Of a stretch of 64,000 nt of DNA, positions 60,591 to 64,000 are shown one piece after another. The stretch is taken from NCBI RefSeq assembly GCF_009914755.1, contig NC_060928.1, one strand, 5' to 3'. Under the pieces are notes generated by a model. The model worked only from the letters and a program-made list of their open reading frames with translations, searched no databases and was not told the origin of the DNA. The position numbers and the translations under genes are program-made. The stretch comes from the human T2T-CHM13v2.0 reference genome, Homo sapiens. The stretch's first letter is position 1, and each line of letters starts with the position of its first letter.

Positions 60591-61350
60591 ACACAAATAA
60601 TGGACCTTATATGCCTTATATGTGCAAATTTTAAAAATCTTAGGAGGTCAGTGGAATCTCACAATAAAATATAGAATGTGACAAAACCATCTAGCTGTAT
60701 TATGGTATACGAAACAACCTCACTAAAGAAGTTGGGCGGAGGGGATATGTTGACCTAAGTAAGTTTGGAAATTATTGGCGTCTGTAAAATGAAAGCCAAA
60801 AGAAACTGTAAGCATTGTACTCTAGTTGTCAATGTTGTTTGCCAAAGAAGTAGAGATTAATAATTCTGATATGCCTATCCATGTATAATGAAATTAATTA
60901 ATTAATTAGATGCCAGGTAGTAAAAGCCAATTTCTCGGTGTTGGAGTGAAAGATTACAGATAAGGAAGGGCAGGAGGCTAGCAGGATCTGCATGGTGATG
61001 AATCAGAGTTGAAGACATCCGTATGAACTCATGTTTAGCTTAACATGATAAAGATGGATACACACAGAGACGTTTATATTTCTGTGTATTTCTAAACATA
61101 GATATATGAATGTGTAGATATTTATACATATGTGTGTATGCACAGGTTAGTATACATCCATGTATTTTCTTGCTTTGTCAATTGAAAGGGCAAAAAAAAA
61201 CAACAACATCTGAATACCAATGAACACATCTAGTACCCGGATTTAGTTTGTAATACCATTCTCCAATAAAAGGAATAAGGGCCCTTGGAGAAATAATTGA
61301 ATCTAGACCTGGTGCAGAAAATATACAAGATGAACCTGTAGCATCTTATA
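60170..61350 (+). mobile_element. L1MC-type 3'UTR relic, interrupted by an Alu
   Basis: GTGAAACTCTGTATG...CATTTGTCAAAACCC...GAATGTGACAAAACCATC...TGACCTAAGTAAGTTTGGAAA...CTCCAATAAAAGGAA...GAAATATACAAGATGAACCTG. Confidence 0.75.
60262..60582 (+). mobile_element. AluS SINE with 3' internal deletion and A(28)-(TA)14 tail
   Basis: Alu body ends CAGCCTGGGC-TTTCTC, lacking GACAGAGCGAGACTCC; A run 60527-60554, TA run 60555-60582. Confidence 0.94.
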
Positions 61351-64000
61351 TCTGCAATGAATATTATATCTGCAAGTAAATAAATAAATTACTTTATTTA
61401 AGAAAAAATAACATATTAAGTTGACAGTTTATTTCATGACTCATTTAAATTTCAAGGGATTATATTAATCTGAAGGGTTAGCACTGCCTCATAATTAAAT
61501 TATGAAGATAAACAATACGCAACCAATTTTACAATAAATCATATCTTCACTTCTATGCAATGTTATCTTCTAAGTTTTCTCAAGGATACTTTTGACATTA
61601 CTTATTAACTGTAATGGCAGTTGTTGAGGGAAAAATGCTATCATCTTTGAAGCCAAGATATTGATATAAGAAGTGACTCAGGTTTGTGTAACACAGTACT
61701 GATGGCCAAATTTTACAATTACCAGTTATTTAATATTGCAATAATATTTGAAATTAATAGTCATTATATTTCAATACTACTCTCATTAAATTGTGTTTTT
61801 AGAAAAAGTAGCAAAAGACACATTTCCCTACTCAATGCAAAATAGTGCTTAAATTTATGCAAATTTAGAACAATTGGTTAAGATTCCTTTACTAAGAAAA
61901 ATAGAAAGAGATCTTGGGTATATTCTGGAATGTTTTAAAAGACAACAAAAGCAAATTCTTTTAACAAATAACAAATGAGAACCATACACTGCAATGTTTT
62001 CAATTATCAGAAATTAAAAAGGCTGAACCAATTTTACCAACAAATTTAGAGACTGGAAATATGAAAATCTTTCTACTAAACATTCTGCCTCAGTTTCCTA
62101 ATATGAAATATTAATCAAATGAAGGGTGAATCGTAGTATCTCAAATAGCTAATTAATATCATTAGACATTTCCTCAATGGTTTGGTTAATTGAGACAAAA
62201 AAAAATTTTTTACCTGAATAATCAAACTAAGCATAGCCATAATTGTCATTTACTTTTCACAGCTAAACGAACCCTAAAGGATCCTACTCAGACATTTTTC
62301 CTGCCCAGCAGAACTTCCAAGTTATATTATTTACACATCTTCTTTTCTATCCCCCGGTACTCCATTTATCTTTGTACCTCCTTCTACTTCATAGCCTTCT
62401 CTTTATTTTCCAAACACCAGTCCTTGCATTTGTCTTCAAGTTGTCCAACAAGCTGGGCTTCAGAGCTCTTCCAACCTGGAGCACACCATGCTTCAAGGTG
62501 ACTTCTCCTTTCTGTTGGTATTTCTATCGCAAGGGGTACCACCACACACAGCTACAGAAACCTAATGTTAAATGACTACCACTGCCTAGTCGGCTCTGAA
62601 AACACTCTTGAGTCAAAAACCAAACTCAGTAACATGGTTATATTTCTCATTTATTATCTTGATTGCTCACTTCTCCAAACTTGATACCAGGATATATTGC
62701 TCTCTTGTCTAGGACTACAGATTAGGAGACCTGCATGAGGACATTGGTGCTATTTATTTGTCCTTGGCTTTGCTTCTGAGCTAAATCTTTGTATTTCAAA
62801 ACCAGGGCTTTCAGCTTCTCTACAACTTCAGAGCTCTTCCTCCTTAGAAGTTAATTTGCTCTGTCTCCATTACACCATTGCAGAACTCACCAAATTCCCT
62901 ATGCTGAGCTAACATCCAAATGATCAATACCTACAAGTCAGTTGGGAAGAAAATTGGACACAAATCTTTGAAGTCCAGTCAGCAATGCTTCTCAAAATTT
63001 TTAATTTATAACACTCTTTAGAATTAGAACTTCTGGGACTTTGTTGTTTGGAAGAGATTAAAAGACTCAAATCAACTCTATCATGTCAGCAATAACATAA
63101 TCACTCCTATAGTTGGCATCTCTACTCCACTCCCTAGGATTTCCTTCCATAGAGTCATGGTAACCGAGAGGTAAACATTCTAGCCAACCATACCAGCAAA
63201 ATAAATGACAGACACCATATCCAGGATACTCTTGGCAGACTCAATAAATCTCTTTTTTTACTGCCTGTATTTCCCCCAAAAGATTTCATTATTTGTCCTG
63301 TATTCCAAACTCTCCCAAACTCCCAAAGCATTCTCATCGCTTTCAAGGTAAAGCTCTGAAGACCACATGCTGCTTTGCTTTTATGATTTTTTTAATTGCA
63401 TGTGGCTTCTTTTTATTATTGATGAATGGGGTGGAGGCAAGAGCTTCCCATATCCAGGTTGGGTAGTAGTGATGTCAGCACAGTTTAGTTCTATGCAGTT
63501 TATTTTGCTTCAACCCCCAATTTTTTTCACTCACCTGATTTCTGTGATCAAAGATGTAACCTTCGAGAGTTCTTCCACTTATCTCTTGTATCTCCACATA
63601 GCTTATTGACCAAGACATAGTTTCTTAAATCAACTAATTTAATGCATCCTGTTTTATTGTACTTCTATTATGTACTGATTATTCTCAAGTATAAATAACA
63701 ATAAAACAGCTAACTAAATACATTTTATATATGTATTACCTTCATAGTGGACTTCCTTTCTAGTTACAACTGTCATATTTTATCACATGGAGACTTTAAG
63801 CTTCTTTGGTTATCTAACTATTTAGCAGTCATTTGATAGAATTTTTTTTGCCCTGACCACACTTTCATGGTTATTCATGAGGCAAAATGCTCACACAACA
63901 GAGTAAACTCACAATCTTTCATAGGCGTGGTTTGAAATAAGAAGCATATGATAATATTATAATATGCCTTATATTTACTAACTATATAATAGCTTTTAAC

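Overview
AT-rich primate (human-like) genomic DNA, intronic or intergenic. About two thirds of it (by eye) is interspersed repeat. No host protein-coding exon, RNA gene or CRISPR array can be recognised, and every long ORF in the track belongs to a retroelement. Main elements: a full-length but inactivated L1PA4-type LINE-1 (50094-56270, 16-bp TSD) with an open antisense ORF0, nested in an MSTA LTR that is nested in an old L1M; a 3'-truncated L1PA15/16-like element (4316-9248); a 5'-truncated LTR12 (ERV9) promoter LTR; a THE1C MaLR provirus with a 311-codon ORF inside an MLT1C LTR; solo MER4A, LTR40 and MLT1 LTRs; ten Alu/FRAM copies; and L2, MIR and MER58A relics. The most unusual directly visible structures are a 151-bp ungapped local duplication pasted into a microsatellite, a THE1C 5' LTR shortened to 108 bp yet still flanked by its TSD, a TSD-less young L1PA2 fragment, a tail-to-tail L1 junction and a 14-bp-stem hairpin. 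A speculative transcription model is also proposed: an L1 antisense promoter/ORF0 facing minus-strand exon-like segments, opposed by an LTR12 promoter. Subfamily names come from remembered consensus sequences and need RepeatMasker/Dfam confirmation. I found no convincing new biological system.
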